A stretch of DNA of 64,000 nucleotides. Source: Iphione sp. A-MEVVRFRX5. Lineage: Eukaryota. Within the stretch, counting starts at the first letter, position 1. Every line of letters begins with the position of its first letter. Below the pieces are notes generated by a model. The model was not told where the DNA came from. It was given only the letters and a program-made list of their open reading frames with translations, and made no database searches. Below are positions 34,918 to 48,279 of this stretch, piece by piece. Position numbers and translations under genes: made by a program. The stretch covers positions 15,996,001 through 16,060,000 of the forward strand of contig OZ320321.1 of assembly GCA_976226885.1 (NCBI GenBank), given 5' to 3'.

Positions 34918-37227
34918 AGGGAGGGAGGGAAGAGGGGAGAGGGAGACAAACAGAGGAGAAAGGGAGAGGGGAGAAAGGGAGAGACAGACAGACAGACAAA
35001 CAGACAGTGTGTGTGTGTGTGTGTGTAGTGTCTCTCTCTCTTTACAACCATCTTGATTGGCACCTTGTTTAGGAGTGTTTGGCTAGGCTTGTTTAAGTCC
35101 TTCAGGTTTACAACTCTCGGTTCTGCATGACTGAGCACAGTGCCCTCGGTTCTGCCTCACTGAGCACCAGCCTGCTACAAACCCTCAGTTCTGCATAACT
35201 GAGCAGAGCAATCTTGGTTCTGCCTCACTGAGCACCTGACTGCTAGGTAGAAGGGAGATATTGGTGAGTGTGTATGTGTGTATGTATGTGCATTATCAGA
35301 CCTAGGAATCCCTAAAACAAGTATGTATGTTTGTAGGTGTGTTAGCAAAAGAGCAAAATTGGCATAATTTCACCTTCAAAATACTTGAATTACTACCACA
35401 ATTACCCAGTGCCATGGGGCCATATATACCAATATCATATATCAAAATCAGCTCTTTTGAGTGAAGGGCTTGAGACTTATAAGGCCCACAAGAGTGTGAC
35501 GGATGGTCGGGACACCAGCTGGTAGCATTCCTAATGTCCCCCCCTCTATGAGGCGGGGGACAAAAAAGGTAAAAAATAAACAATATAATATAAAGGAATG
35601 AGAATATGCAATAAGTTGGACCCCCCTAAAGAAATATTCAGGCTATTAATAAATTTGGGTGGTCATTTGTACTATCATTTCTTATAATTGTTGATTCACT
35701 TGATTTCTTGGGCGCTATCCTTTCCTATTCTAAAAAATAATTTGCTAGGTGCTGAACAAAAATTAGATCTCGTTTGTATATATAATTGCATTTGAACAGC
35801 TCATAACTTTGGATCACAAATCGAGGCAACTGGATTTCAAATCTGTGAAAACCATCCTTTTTGGGAAAAAAGATGGAATAAAATGATTTTGAATTAAATA
35901 GATTGAATTAAAATAATTGAAATACAGTGAGACTTTCCTAATGGCATTTGTTCTGTTTCCAGCAAAAATGTTTGATCAAAAACTTTCTTCAGATAGGAGA
36001 TATTGAAATAAGTTGAAGTCATGTGGTTTTTTACAGGAATTTGAATATATGGGGAGCTTGTTTACTGAGGGTTCAGACAATGCAGAGCTTGGATAAAACA
36101 GGAAGCAAAATTCTTTAGAAAACTTACCGTAGACTTGATCAATGTCTGCATGCAGCTTCTTCTGAACTTCAGGATACTTAATCATGTATGCTATATACCA
36201 CTGAATGGTGGTGACCATAGTGTCCATAGACGCTGCAGAAAGAATAATCAGGCTTGGTTTTATCTGTACTGCATGGTATTAAGAAACATAAGGTCTTTCA
36301 AGGATAAAGCATTCATAATTGTCTTAAAATCAGTCAAAAACTCTCAAGAAATGATATCAGGTGCAACAAGTGGCTTAAATCCTGACTTCATTATTTTGAC
36401 TACAATTACTCACCTCCGAACACATCTGCTAGGATGTTAACTATGTGCATCTCGGAGAGCAGGCCTTTTTTGGAAGAATCTTTGATTTCTGCCTCCATCT
36501 GCTGGGCAAGAATGTAGTCCGTCAAATCTCGCATATGATCCTGATCTAAAAATATGACATGGAAATGTTAAATTAGCATCACTACTCTATCACTTTGAAA
36601 AAATTTAGCTGGATCTAAAGCCCCCTTCTTGATGAATCCTTATTTCTGCTTCCATCTGCTAGGTGTGAGTGTAGTCTGTTAAATTTCACATTGCATCATG
36701 GAAATGATAATCTAGCAGCATTTTTATATCACTTTCAAATGAATTGGCTGGTGCTAGAGCCCACTTTTTGGAAAAATCCTTGATTTCTGCCTCTATCTTC
36801 TGAGCTAGATTGCGATCCTCATCTTAAAGTTCATCATTGAAAGGATTATTGAGCATCATGACTATATCACTTTTACAAAATTATAAAGCTATTGACCTTT
36901 ATATACCACCGTAAAAAAATTCCATAGTTATGGAATGATATTCATAATAGTAAAGTCAGAAAATTTGATACCAGGGAAATGACATTTTTGAAAAGAATTT
37001 TTGGGTAGGTATACATACCAGAATTTTCCCTGTGTTCTTTTATGTGTCCAGCAAGAAAGTCATTAAAGGTCTGCTTCAAATTCTTTAGATGTTTCATTCT
37101 GGGCCAGAAAAAGGGTACATAGGCAAGCGCTGGCATGAAGTCTGCTGGAACTCCACTGCCTAAAACCTCATTAGACTCATCTACGAATGAGCACAGCTTC
37201 ACAAACTCGGGGTCATCTATTGTAAAC
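29678..37227 (-). CDS. Cytochrome P450 (CYP2 clan, CYP1-like), 3' five-exon unit A; no 5' exons of its own
   Basis: Exons 37019-37227 (F/G region, PADFMP), 36414-36545, 36128-36232 (I helix, GASMDT), 32593-32724 (K helix, EIMR), 29678-30036 (PERF, FSLGRRQCIG, stop). All open, GT-AG, phases 2/1/1/1/1. Confidence 0.92.
31180..31770 (+). mobile_element. Degenerate LINE RT fragment in the last intron of CYP unit A
   Basis: TATGCTGATGAT (YADD) at about 31265, then frameshifted KLLGYRING, similar to the other LINE copies in the window. Confidence 0.7.
33000..33560. repeat. Purine-rich (G/A) low-complexity tract in a CYP unit A intron; a shorter homologue lies at about 42640-42980
   Basis: The + strand is overwhelmingly A/G for about 550 bp. 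Confidence 0.85.
34791..35563. mobile_element. HINE/DINE-1-like non-autonomous element with internal (GA)n/(GT)n microsatellites
   Basis: Subterminal inverted repeat TGTCCCCCGCC ... GGCGGGGGACA, a 3' palindrome GTCCCCCCC..GGGGGAC, and internal microsatellites. Homologous to 56647-58060. Confidence 0.65.
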
Positions 37228-39347
37228 CTACAAAGGTGAGATTGAAAAATACAGTTATCCAATCTGTATTAATGAGTATTTTGATCTATGAGTATTAAGC
37301 TTCATAGAAAATGTGTCAGATCTTAGCTCAATATCTAAAAACAGTATGAAATGCTTCAACATGTCCTGATGCAAATGTTTTGTATTTTAGCCATGTATGG
37401 TGTAGTGAAACAATGTAGCAACAGATCCAGTACCCATCAAAGATGTATATGGTGACTTCTATGTTCATATGGACAAAGTGTGCAACAAATGTTGTGGAAG
37501 AGCAGCCACACAAGTTCATATTCCTTGACCTCAAGCTTACCTGCCTTGATTCCTAACTCATTTGAATGTAGGTTACATTTTAAAAATGAAATGGCAATTA
37601 TTCTGGTCCAACCTCTCCTTATTTATGGTCTAATCTTAAGATGGATCCATATATGCATCCATGGCAAATCACTAATGCTACTTAAAACATTTAATATAAA
37701 TAAACACTGTCAGCTTCATAAATTTTTCCTTTATTGCATTTTAATACATATAAGTGCTAACAAATCAAGTGAAGGGAAAGCCTCAAGATAAAATACATAT
37801 TTTTGAACCACAGTAGAAATTTCACAGGAAAAGACAAGCTTAAACCTGTTATATAGATATTCATCACATGTGCAAGGTACAGCAAGTGAAAGATGGATAT
37901 TATATTCATAAATATACAATTGAATGCTTATTTATGATGACCCCTCCTTTCCCAGCCCAGGCGGTTGTCTTAGCAATATTGGTCACAAACTGATATAGGC
38001 CTATTGCTGAGGTGTAGAGGGCTCTGATGGTCATACTAACAACTCTGGTTGGTGAGAATGCATGGACCTGTGACTTCTTAATAGCTAGACACTGCAGAAG
38101 AAGCTCGTTTCAAGTGGTTGTCTGACTTGTCATACTGACACCTGTGGTCACACTTTAGACAATGAATAACCCTCGAAGTACAACTGGTTACGAGTTGACA
38201 TTAAAATTCAACAGAAACAACCCTAACACCTATGGCTGCAGGCTGGTTTCATTTGAAAATCGTTGATATAGTCTTGTAATGCTTTACAAGAGGGAACATT
38301 CCCATTCCAAGCTCAAATGCTCGTGTCAGCAAATTTGGTCATAAATACGTATACGGTTGCAAATTGGCATTCGATTCCATCCAATACAATTACTTAAATG
38401 TAAGCATGAATTTCTGTGTGTGGGTTTCCCATCTGCATATACCTTGAAGCAAGATGGAACATTGTGTTTCTTTCATTAGGACATTTCCCAATCAGTCAAT
38501 GGTGGGAGGAAAACATTTATTGTGTCAGAAATGTATATTACATTCTGCGTAATCAGAGAAAAACCTCACTGTTTGTTACCAATTACCAACTCAATTAAAC
38601 TGAATTGAATTGAAAACTAATTTATTTCCTACTGTCATTGCAAAGGAGTGGTTTTCACACACAGAATAGATTTGATTACATCACCTATACTGACAAGTTA
38701 CTCATACAGGTGGGATGATGTATGGAATGATTACACAGTAACAGATGGGCAATGGATAGTAGAAACATTAATAATGATTATTAATGGAAATTGTATCAGG
38801 TAATTGTTATTCCGCAAATGGAACTCATTTCTTTCCATCAATGTTCTGTACATTGTAACATTACCAGTATTTTCCTTTTTCTTTATAATAGTCAATGTAA
38901 TGGACCTGAATATAAGATAAACTATCACAGTTTTCCTTTTGTGTTCCATTTTTGGTAGATTATAAATTATATGCAATTGATCTGTTGGTTTATTTTTGCG
39001 ATGTGTTTTTCACAACAGTGTTTTGTGTTTGATGTAGCCTATTAAAGATTTAAAATTTTTATTGCTGTCTCCGTCATAATCATACAGAGCTTTTCGTATT
39101 AAAAAGTGCAGTAATACAAATATGTTGCTGCAGTAGGCGAGCAAACGAACAAAGGAGAAACAGTGTACAAAAATTGAGCCATTTAACATTGAATTATGTG
39201 CACAAGTAAGAAATGGACTATAGCAATCTTTCAAGGGTAACATTAGGGATTTATCTCAAATGAATTTACCTTAATGCCCATAACACTTATGCCATATGAC
39301 CAAGTTTCCTGCTGCATAACATTAGAATGTATGCAAGTATATGACCT

Positions 39348-42300
39348 TTACTGCTTGCCCTTTTTCCTTTCAACAATGACAACCTGGAAGTCCTTGGGTG
39401 TGTTGTCTAGGGTTACTCCAGTGTTCTCCACATGAAACTCTTTCAAGGCACATGCCGGCTTGAACTCGAAGCGGCTGAAGAGAAGGACAATTGTCATGAA
39501 GAGGCAGTTGCGGGCAACAACCTCACCAATACACTGACGCCTGCCTAGACTGAAGGGCATGAAGGTCTGTATCTTCTGGCGGAGTGATCCATCCTCTGCC
39601 AGGAAGCGCTCAGGTCGAAACTGGTTGGGTTCTTCCCAGTAGTCTTCACTGTGGTGCATGGCCCAAATGTTGGGCATTACCATGGTGTCTGCAGGGATGT
39701 CATAACCTCCTATGTGGGAAAAAACAAGAGGTAAGTTTTCAATTTTGCATCTCCTGATGCAATGTAAATTATTCAGCTGAAGAGACAAAGACACACACAT
39801 ACACACACACAGAAAATCAGAGAACTACAGCGAATGAGGGAAGGGAGTAGAGGAGCAGAGGGAGAGGGTGAGGGAGAGAAAATACATCTGCATATGTCTG
39901 AAGAGAATTTTTACATATACCATAATATGTAGCAGTATAACAATGTTTGAAAGGAAATGTTACTAAAAACACTGATTTTTCAAATTGCAAGTCAACATGT
40001 ACGGCAGGGCGGGGTGAGGCGAAACCTCACTGTCAAGGATGCTAGGCCCATTTTGAGCTGACATGTGGTTTGAAAAAAAAATAGTGAATTCAATATATAT
40101 TCATAGTGACATATACCGTAACGGATATTGTTTTACCAATGTTGGAAGGGAAATATCTAGGACATTTAGAAGAAACAAAGCTAAACAAGGAAAAAATACT
40201 TGAAAATTATAAGCCAAGTATTCCTAGCAGCTGAAGCATAGAATCGCAATGGGATATTCCCCTGCCCTAGTATTACAGAATTCCATTCCATCAACTTGTA
40301 CACACGTACACATTCTTTAGGTGGGATATCTAGGAGTTGTCAAAGCCCGTTTCATGCACATGACGATGGTATCATGTGGATTTACTGTGGAAAATTCATA
40401 GGTAAATTCTTAATGTAAATGGCTGCATTAGTGTATATATTTAAATCCCTCTCTCAAGTTTTAATTTAGCATAATTACTACAGAGGTGACAAGTGGGTGA
40501 TAATAAGGGAGTTTCTGCATATTTTAATGTGAAATCCAAAGCCTGATTAAAAACAAACTAATGTGTGCTTGATATATAGGTGGATCAACATATTTCTTCA
40601 TTATAATGGCAGATGTAATACTGAAATTAATGCAAAATAATTATCATGGGCAAAACAGTATAATGGCTTAAAGAGAAAAGACCACTTCCTTTCACCTCCA
40701 CACCAGGCACCCTGATCTATATATGGACAAGAGTACCAGCCTTATCATCCACTGTGACTTCCTGCCCACTTGAAGATTATGCCTGAATTGGTTATTGGTT
40801 ATTGATTCCAAAACACATGCCAAATGGGCAAATTTCAAAAACCTTATATAATTCTATCCAAACACTCCAAAACGTTTAAAGCAACCAATGCCTCCTAGGC
40901 TTAACTGATGGAGCTCCCACTCAATACAATATATGTGTTAGTACTACAATGTGTACAGCAGCTTCAATGATGACTCAAACAAATACATCCAGAAATCTTC
41001 CAAGGCCTTTCAAGATTGTGTCGATGTGACTGTCCGAGATCATACAACTTGGCATCTGAATGCTGGATGGCCAATTACTTAATATTGAATATATCAGTGG
41101 TGACATGTTTGATTACATCATAACTTAAATACCTACATGCTTACTTACATGCTTGACTTTCTCTCCCATTATGAGGACATTACGGGTGGTTTCTATGGAC
41201 CATGATATGTAGTCATCTATACATACATATGTAATCCAGATTGACTTGTTAAATTTAGACATTCCCCCTATTAACAACCCTTTTTAGAAAAATATCTCTT
41301 TCTAGCAGTTTACATTGTTCTGACAAAAAAAACTTTGCACAAATCGGCTAATGATATTGGCAGATAAGTGAATTGACATATTTCGACTTGTTCTCTATGT
41401 TGGACATAGACTAAATGATAAGATCATGATTATTTCAGATTTCTTGGACATTTTCCTGCACTTTTTTCAACATTTATAATCAATCAACATTTTTATCCAA
41501 AGATCATTCCAGTTAAGATTTACTCCTGACCTACTGTGATTTGTTATTATGATTGACTGATTTTGTATAACATCATGGGGCTTTGGCCATATATAAGAAA
41601 CACCCAGAATGCTTTCATTGCCATTTGGAATATGCTTGAAAAAGGGGTCAGACTAATCCTGAAAACCGGTTAAGTCACTATAAAGTAATGTTGCCCAGAA
41701 TGAATTCAAAATTAGACTACTGTACTGAGTTCATAGCTCTTTCTTCCCTTCCATGATTCATGAATGATGCCATAACAAGTGTCTGTTAACTAAGCCTGAG
41801 GTAGCAATAGGTCCCAATAGTGGGTAAGTGGTGACCTTGAGGTCATCTAGGGATATTTGTCATTCATGATAAAAGACTATGTTTTGACAGTTGATTTGAT
41901 TTCACCCTAACAATTGCTAAACAAGTGTGACCTGCTTAACATTTGCTTGGCATACTTAGTTTCCACTGAAAGTGTTGCCATTTAGGGAGCTTTCCCCATC
42001 CTGGATCACAAAATCTATGGCCAAATATGATGCTTTTCCAACCAACAGTGTCCCTGGACTAAAGGTGTCCAGTCATGTGGTTCCAATATACAGAGGGATG
42101 TTCAAAGGCTTAAGATACCTACCAACTGAAGTGTCAGCACCAGTGGTCACTGGCATACCCATAGGAGCAGCTGTCTCAATCCGCATGATCTCATTAAGTG
42201 AGGCTTCCACAAAAGGCATTTGCTGACGCCTGCCTAGTAGACTGTCTCCAGGCTCTACCAAAATCAACAAGACAGCATTTGTAGGTGGAGGTTACTGACA

Positions 42301-45084
42301 TGTATGGGACATAACTGGAAAGACAGAAGGAAACAGACAGCAAGAGAAAGAGAGCGAAATCCCCAGAGTTGTAAACTCTCACTAAATTCAAAATCTGTCA
42401 AGGACTAAGAAGGGAATGGCACCATGCTATGTGAGCATGGAAACATAGGTGTGTGCATGTATACAAACATACACACAAAGGACTAGGGAGAGACTCGGAT
42501 AACCTCTGTAAGTAGATGGTCATGTCTAACCCCTGCACATCCAGTCAGGATGTAAATGATAGGGCTGTGTTAAAAGATAAATGATTGTTTTAATTGATAA
42601 TTGTCTAATCCTCAGTAACTGATACTAAATACTTTTGTACCAATAAATAACATGGGGAGGAGGGGAAGGAGATTGAGGAGTATGGAAGGATATTTCGATT
42701 GAGAAGGGAAGACAGTATGCGAAGGAAGGAGAGAGAATGTGGAGAACACAGCAAGAGGGGGACAAATAGAGTAAATGAGGGGTGATGAAAGGTATAGAGA
42801 AGCATGAGAGAGGAAACATTAGTGAGTGAGAGAAGGGCGCAAGCAGAGAGGAGAGGAGAAGGAATGGAATGGAGGAAAAAGAAAGAACAAAGTATGCAGA
42901 AACACAAGAACAAAGGGAAGTAAGAAAGAGGCAGGAGGTGGAAGAGGGAATGGATATTAAAATTCTAAACTCTGAGGAAGAAAGGAGAAATGTTCTATAT
43001 ATACATGTAGGTAACCTTCTATTAATAGAAAATGTAGTAAAACACTTAAAAGTAATGACGTACATGTATAGTCAAATGTACTATATTGAACAGCTGAACT
43101 ATCTGGACAGGTTTCAATTCCCAACAGTGGACGATCTTTCACCATTTAGTGACTGGCCAATGTTTCCACTGTGGAACTGATTTGGTGATATAGATCAATG
43201 GTGTCAGGATAATTTACTCATTCTGAACACTAGTAAAACAGAAATCAAGTTTGCTCCTTATTCTCTCTACCTTACTCTGAAGGTTAATGAAAATGCAGGT
43301 ATTGATAATGCTCCAACAGAATTTGCAGAATATTACAAATACCTTTGAATATTCATTGATAATCATTTAAAATTAGATACTGAAAAGAAAAACTCTATGG
43401 AATAACTCATCTACTATACAAAGTCAGAGACAGTCTCAATATGAGAGATGTAGTTGTAATTCATAAAACTCTTATACTCCCTTAAACTAATTATTTGAAT
43501 GCTCCTTACTGGTGTTACAAAAATACAGAACAGGGTCATGTCTCTTATTTTTTTATGAAGTGAAGTGGTTCACAGTCAGATAAGGAGTAGTTTGTATACT
43601 GAGGGTTCAGACATTGCAGCATTCACACAGCATAGTAAGCAGAAATTCCTTAGAGAACCTACCATAGATATCATCAATGGCAGCATGCAGCTTCTTCTGA
43701 ACCTCAGGATACTTAATCATATATGCTATGTACCACTGAATGGTGACAACCATAGTTTCGAGAGCCGCTGTAAAAAGAACAATCAGGTTTAGTTTAGTCT
43801 GCACTGCACAAAATTAAGAACAAGCATGAGGTTTTTCATACATGATATATTCATAACTTTGGCAAAATCAGTCAAAAACACAAAGAAATGACATCAAATG
43901 CAACACGTGGCTTTAATTAGTATATTATATGAACTTATCAGTGAAATGTAATTATGGCTTTGTACCAGGAGGTCAACAAAGGTGTCAGCCCAACCTGGAC
44001 TGTATCTCAGGGAGAAAGCTGGAGTTCATCCCTGGTACTAAAGTCTTGATTTCATTACTTTGAGCACTGTTGACTACAGTTACATACCCCCGAATACATC
44101 TGCTATGATCATAACTATGTGCTCCTCAGAGAGCAGGCCCTTCTTGGAAGATTCCTTGGTTTCTGTCTCAATCTGCTGGGCAAGAATGTAGTCTGTCAAA
44201 TCTTGCATTTGATCTTGATCTGAAAATTTCATGTGGAAAGGATAATTTAGCATAATTGCTATATTAGTTTAAAAAAATGCCTGGACCTAAAGTCCCATTT
44301 TAAAAGAATCCTTGATTCCTTGATTGATTGCTTGAATGTTTATTACCATCTCCGTATGACATACATGGAGTTATTGGTGGTGAATTGGTGAGAGTAAATG
44401 TAAACAATTCAGTGCACAAAGGGAATTTACATGAGTAAACACATAGATAGTCAGTGTAGTATGATGGAGAACATCTGCAGCATGTGATGTATGCAAGCAG
44501 ATCCAGTAAAATGATTTTGATAATTTAAACTCATGTTTGGTACAAGGCACATGATAAGATACACTCAATATCCTATGTTTTATTGTTGGGTAAGAATGTA
44601 GTCCACCAAATCTTGCATTTGTTCCTTATCTAAAATTACATTGTAAAAATGATAATCTAGCACCATTGCTATATCACTTTTAAAAGAACTGGCTGGACAT
44701 AGAGCCTATTGAGCCTGACTTATATAACAAATTTAAAGCTGTTAAGCTTCATGTATCACAGTCAAAAAAGGTCCACATTTATGGAATGATATTCATGTGA
44801 GGGTAAAGTCTGGATACTAGGAATTACTAGGGTAATGACATTCTTTTGAAGGAATTTTTGGGTAGGTATACATACCATAATCTTCCCTGTGTTCTTTGAG
44901 CTCACTGGCAAGAAAGTCATTAAAGGTCTGCATTATATTCTTCATACGTTTCATTTGAGGCCAGAAAAAGGGTACATAGGCAAGCCATGGTTTGAAGTCT
45001 GCTGGAACTCCATTGCCAGCAATTGCAGTAGCATCGTCTATGAATGAACACAGCTTCACAAACTCGGGGTCATCTATTGTAAAC
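39348..45084 (-). CDS. Cytochrome P450 (CYP2 clan, CYP1-like), 3' five-exon unit B; no 5' exons of its own
   Basis: Exons 44876-45084, 44088-44219, 43663-43767 (GAALET), 42123-42254 (EIMR), 39348-39709 (PERF, FSLGRRQCIG, stop). All open, GT-AG, same phases as unit A. Confidence 0.92.
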
Positions 45085-45816
45085 CTATCAAAGGTAAGAA
45101 AATTTTAAAAATACTGTTATCCAATACAGTCATGGAATAATGAGTATTTTCATCTATGAGTATTAAGTTTCATAGAAAATGGTGTCAGATCTTAGCTCAA
45201 TATCGAAAAATAGTGTGAAATGGTACAACATGACCTGATGCCAATGTTTGTAAGTATTTTTAGCCATGCATGGTGTAGTGAAATAATGAAGCAACAGATC
45301 AAGTACAAATTAAAAATGGTATGAGAGAATGTACATATCATCTTTGCTGAGGATATTAGGTCGTTATAGATGAAGCGTAAGGTAGAGTAACTTAGTTTTG
45401 TCTAGATATATGATCACTTCATTTGGCTTGTTGTTTCTGAATACATTCTATTATTCTAGTAAAAATACTAGATATCATTTTCTCTTATATGATTTTCTAC
45501 AAAGTTTCAAGTTAAGTTTTCCAAATCTGATGAAGTAAGTAGGAGGGTAATTTAAACTCATTGCAGGGTTTTATTAAGTAACAGCCTCAAGCTCTTTTCG
45601 AACTATCCAGATGTGTTGATATATACATATATTCATAGATATAGTATAACTTTCAATTGAATCTACTCAATAAAATTATACCTGGTTTCTCAAGTGAAGC
45701 ATTAACAAATGTCACCGTTTTAGAATATTGTATGTGATGTTTCTCTACAAAAACTTTTACAAAGTTTCAAGTGAACTTTTCAAAACTCTCATCATTAAGT
45801 AAAAGGAGCATTTTAA

Positions 45817-47149
45817 CCCTTTAAGGATCCTGCATGACTGAAGGCATTACCGGCTAGAAAGCAAGCGAAATACCAATGAAAGCATTAGCAGGTAGGGAGT
45901 GTTGTATGACTCAAGAGAAGTATGGGTTTGATAAATCATTACAAATAACCAGAAACAATGCAGAAGCACCTGAAATACTTATGAAATAATATAATGGGGA
46001 CTGGAACGATGAGCTGCCCCTTACTATTATACGGTTATTAGAGAATGGCCTAGGAGATGACAACAGTAGTGAGAGTGATTTTTCTGAGGAGAACGATCTA
46101 CCACGACGTCCATCAACAACTGGCAAGCCATCATCAAAAATAGGGATGTGAATTCACTGAAGAAGATTATAAATGGAACAATGTGAAGTCAGGCATAGGG
46201 AGGGATCCACCTCTACCAAAATTCAAAGGTCAAAAGCCAGGTCTTCACAATGGCATTGGAGTCGACCAACACTGACAAACCTATCGACTTCCTCAACCTT
46301 TACCTCACCATTCTATTCATTATGAAGCTTGCCACTTTCACAAACATGTATGCATCCAGGAGGAAAAAGGACCAACCTGAATGCTGCCACAAGATGACAT
46401 GGACCCTAGTTACGAACGATATCATCTCATTCCTAGGGCTAGGGATGACTATAGGCCTCCTCAGCAAACCCAAAATCAAAAGATTATTGGTTGACTGAAC
46501 ATCCTACATGCACCAATATTATCGAGGACCATGCCTCGAGACCACTCCATGCAGATTTGATGGTATGGGCCGAATAGATTTTTTATGCATGTTTTGCAGA
46601 GTGATAAAAGCCAAACCTGCTATGGCTGTAGTTACTGCAAAGTGTATTTGCCCACCCACTCTTCTTGCATCTACCATTCAGCAAGCGATTATACATCTTC
46701 AATCACTGAGGAATAATCAAACAAAATCCATAGATTTGTGTTTGACCAACTAGATTCGATCTAATAATAAGTAAAAGCATACCTGGTATATGCTCAACCA
46801 ATCCAGTTTGTCTGTTTGATATCCTTTTTTCCTATGATAAACACATCCTTGCTAGTCGAATAACAAAGACGCAATGTGTTATCACATAGTGACATTTGAA
46901 AATATTCATAAATAATCCTCTTAAGTAAAAAGACATGTTTCACTAAATTACATACTTCCTCATAAAATCCTATTCAGCATGGCATTATTATAATATATTT
47001 GATCAAATTTAAATTTTATTATTCTCATATGTCCCATAATGCAGCCATAATAATGACACACAGCAGATGTGCAACCCTCTGACGCTATGAAGCATGTATA
47101 CTGCCCTGCCCTCCTGTGGTTGATGCTGGAAGGAGTTGCCTTTATAGGG
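45817..47149 (+). mobile_element. piggyBac-like element with a degenerate transposase fragment (about 46200-46500)
   Basis: TTAA|CCCTTTAAGG at the left end and CCTTTATAGGG|ATAA at the right end. Flanks rejoin the homologous empty site near 26900. Translation gives PLPKFKGQKPG, DFLNLYLT, TNMYA, WTLVT.DIISFLGL, and KPKI/DYW across a frameshift. Confidence 0.8.
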
Positions 47150-48279
47150 ATAACTCAATAGAGAATTTCATTAAGGAATGGCCTAAAGCCATTTTCCCCT
47201 CTTTTTTAAAAATTTCAAATAGAAACACTTATCATTTCTTCAATACAATAATTTTTAAAAGACAGTCTCATGTTTTTATGAGCTAAGCAGAGTGTAACAA
47301 ATATTTTGGACCACTAGCCATACAAGTTCATATTGCTTGACCTCAAGTTGACCTGTCTTGATTCTTGACCCATTGGAGTTTAGGTTGCATTTTAAACATG
47401 AAATAGCAATTATTTTATTTTCGCTCTACATCACCTGATGTCATAATTTCTGGTCTGTCTTTACGAAGCATCCACGTATGCATCCGTGGGAAATCACTAA
47501 AGCTATGCAAAACATTGAATATTTAACAGTCAACTTAGTTAATTTCTCCTTTATTAGGTGATACATTTCAAGTGTTCACAAATCAGGTGGAGGAAAAGCC
47601 TCAAGTTAAAGTACATATTTTCTAAACAGTAGAAAGCCCACTCGAAAAGACAAGCTCAATACCCGTTATATAATTATTCACCGCATGTGTCTGCATTTCC
47701 CAACTGTAGTTGTCTTGAAATAAGATGGAATATTTTGTTTCTTTGACAAGCGCCTTTGGTTGTAGCCAGAGGATGGGGGAGGGGTCAAAGTACAGACTGA
47801 TATGGCCTTTTACAACCTCGGTTCTGCTCCACTGAACAGAGGTGTGTAGGAATACACCACTCTGTGTAGAAAGTAGGGCCACATATGTCATATGCTTTTT
47901 AATAATTTCAGCATTTTAGATATACAATAGATGATCATCCTTCTTTTGTCCTACAATATCATTATGCATGAAGTCCTAACAAAAATAATGTATTTTGGGA
48001 TAATCACATCAGAAGGAGATGTCAGCCCCCATGGCCAGACTACTTTTGGGCAATGTTTTATATAGGTAGTGTAATAAGGACATTTCACAATCACAGAAAC
48101 AAGGATTCGATCCTATGAAAGGACAAACATAGGCAAGATACACAGGAATAAGGAAATCAATCCTTATACAATACAGATCACAGCAACTGCTTAGAAACAT
48201 TTGTTTGAGGGTGGTAAATCATCTTGTAGCTACAATGTACAGTTGAATTCATATGGGATGTATCTCCTTGTTACACATC

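Noticed and set aside
34763-35138. Overlapping ORFs with ER/SL dipeptide runs (also 56432-57023 and the 5' part of 10130-10534)
   Set aside because: These are microsatellite translations. Only 10134-10305 of the last ORF is a real exon.
37940-38400. Possible Tc1-like transposase remnant
   Set aside because: No frame gave recognisable motifs, so it is too weak to call.
37230-39347. Searched for the missing N-terminal CYP exons of unit A (and of unit B in 45090-54099)
   Set aside because: No transmembrane, PPGP or WxxxR-like coding sequence was seen by eye. Short, divergent exons cannot be fully excluded without tblastn.
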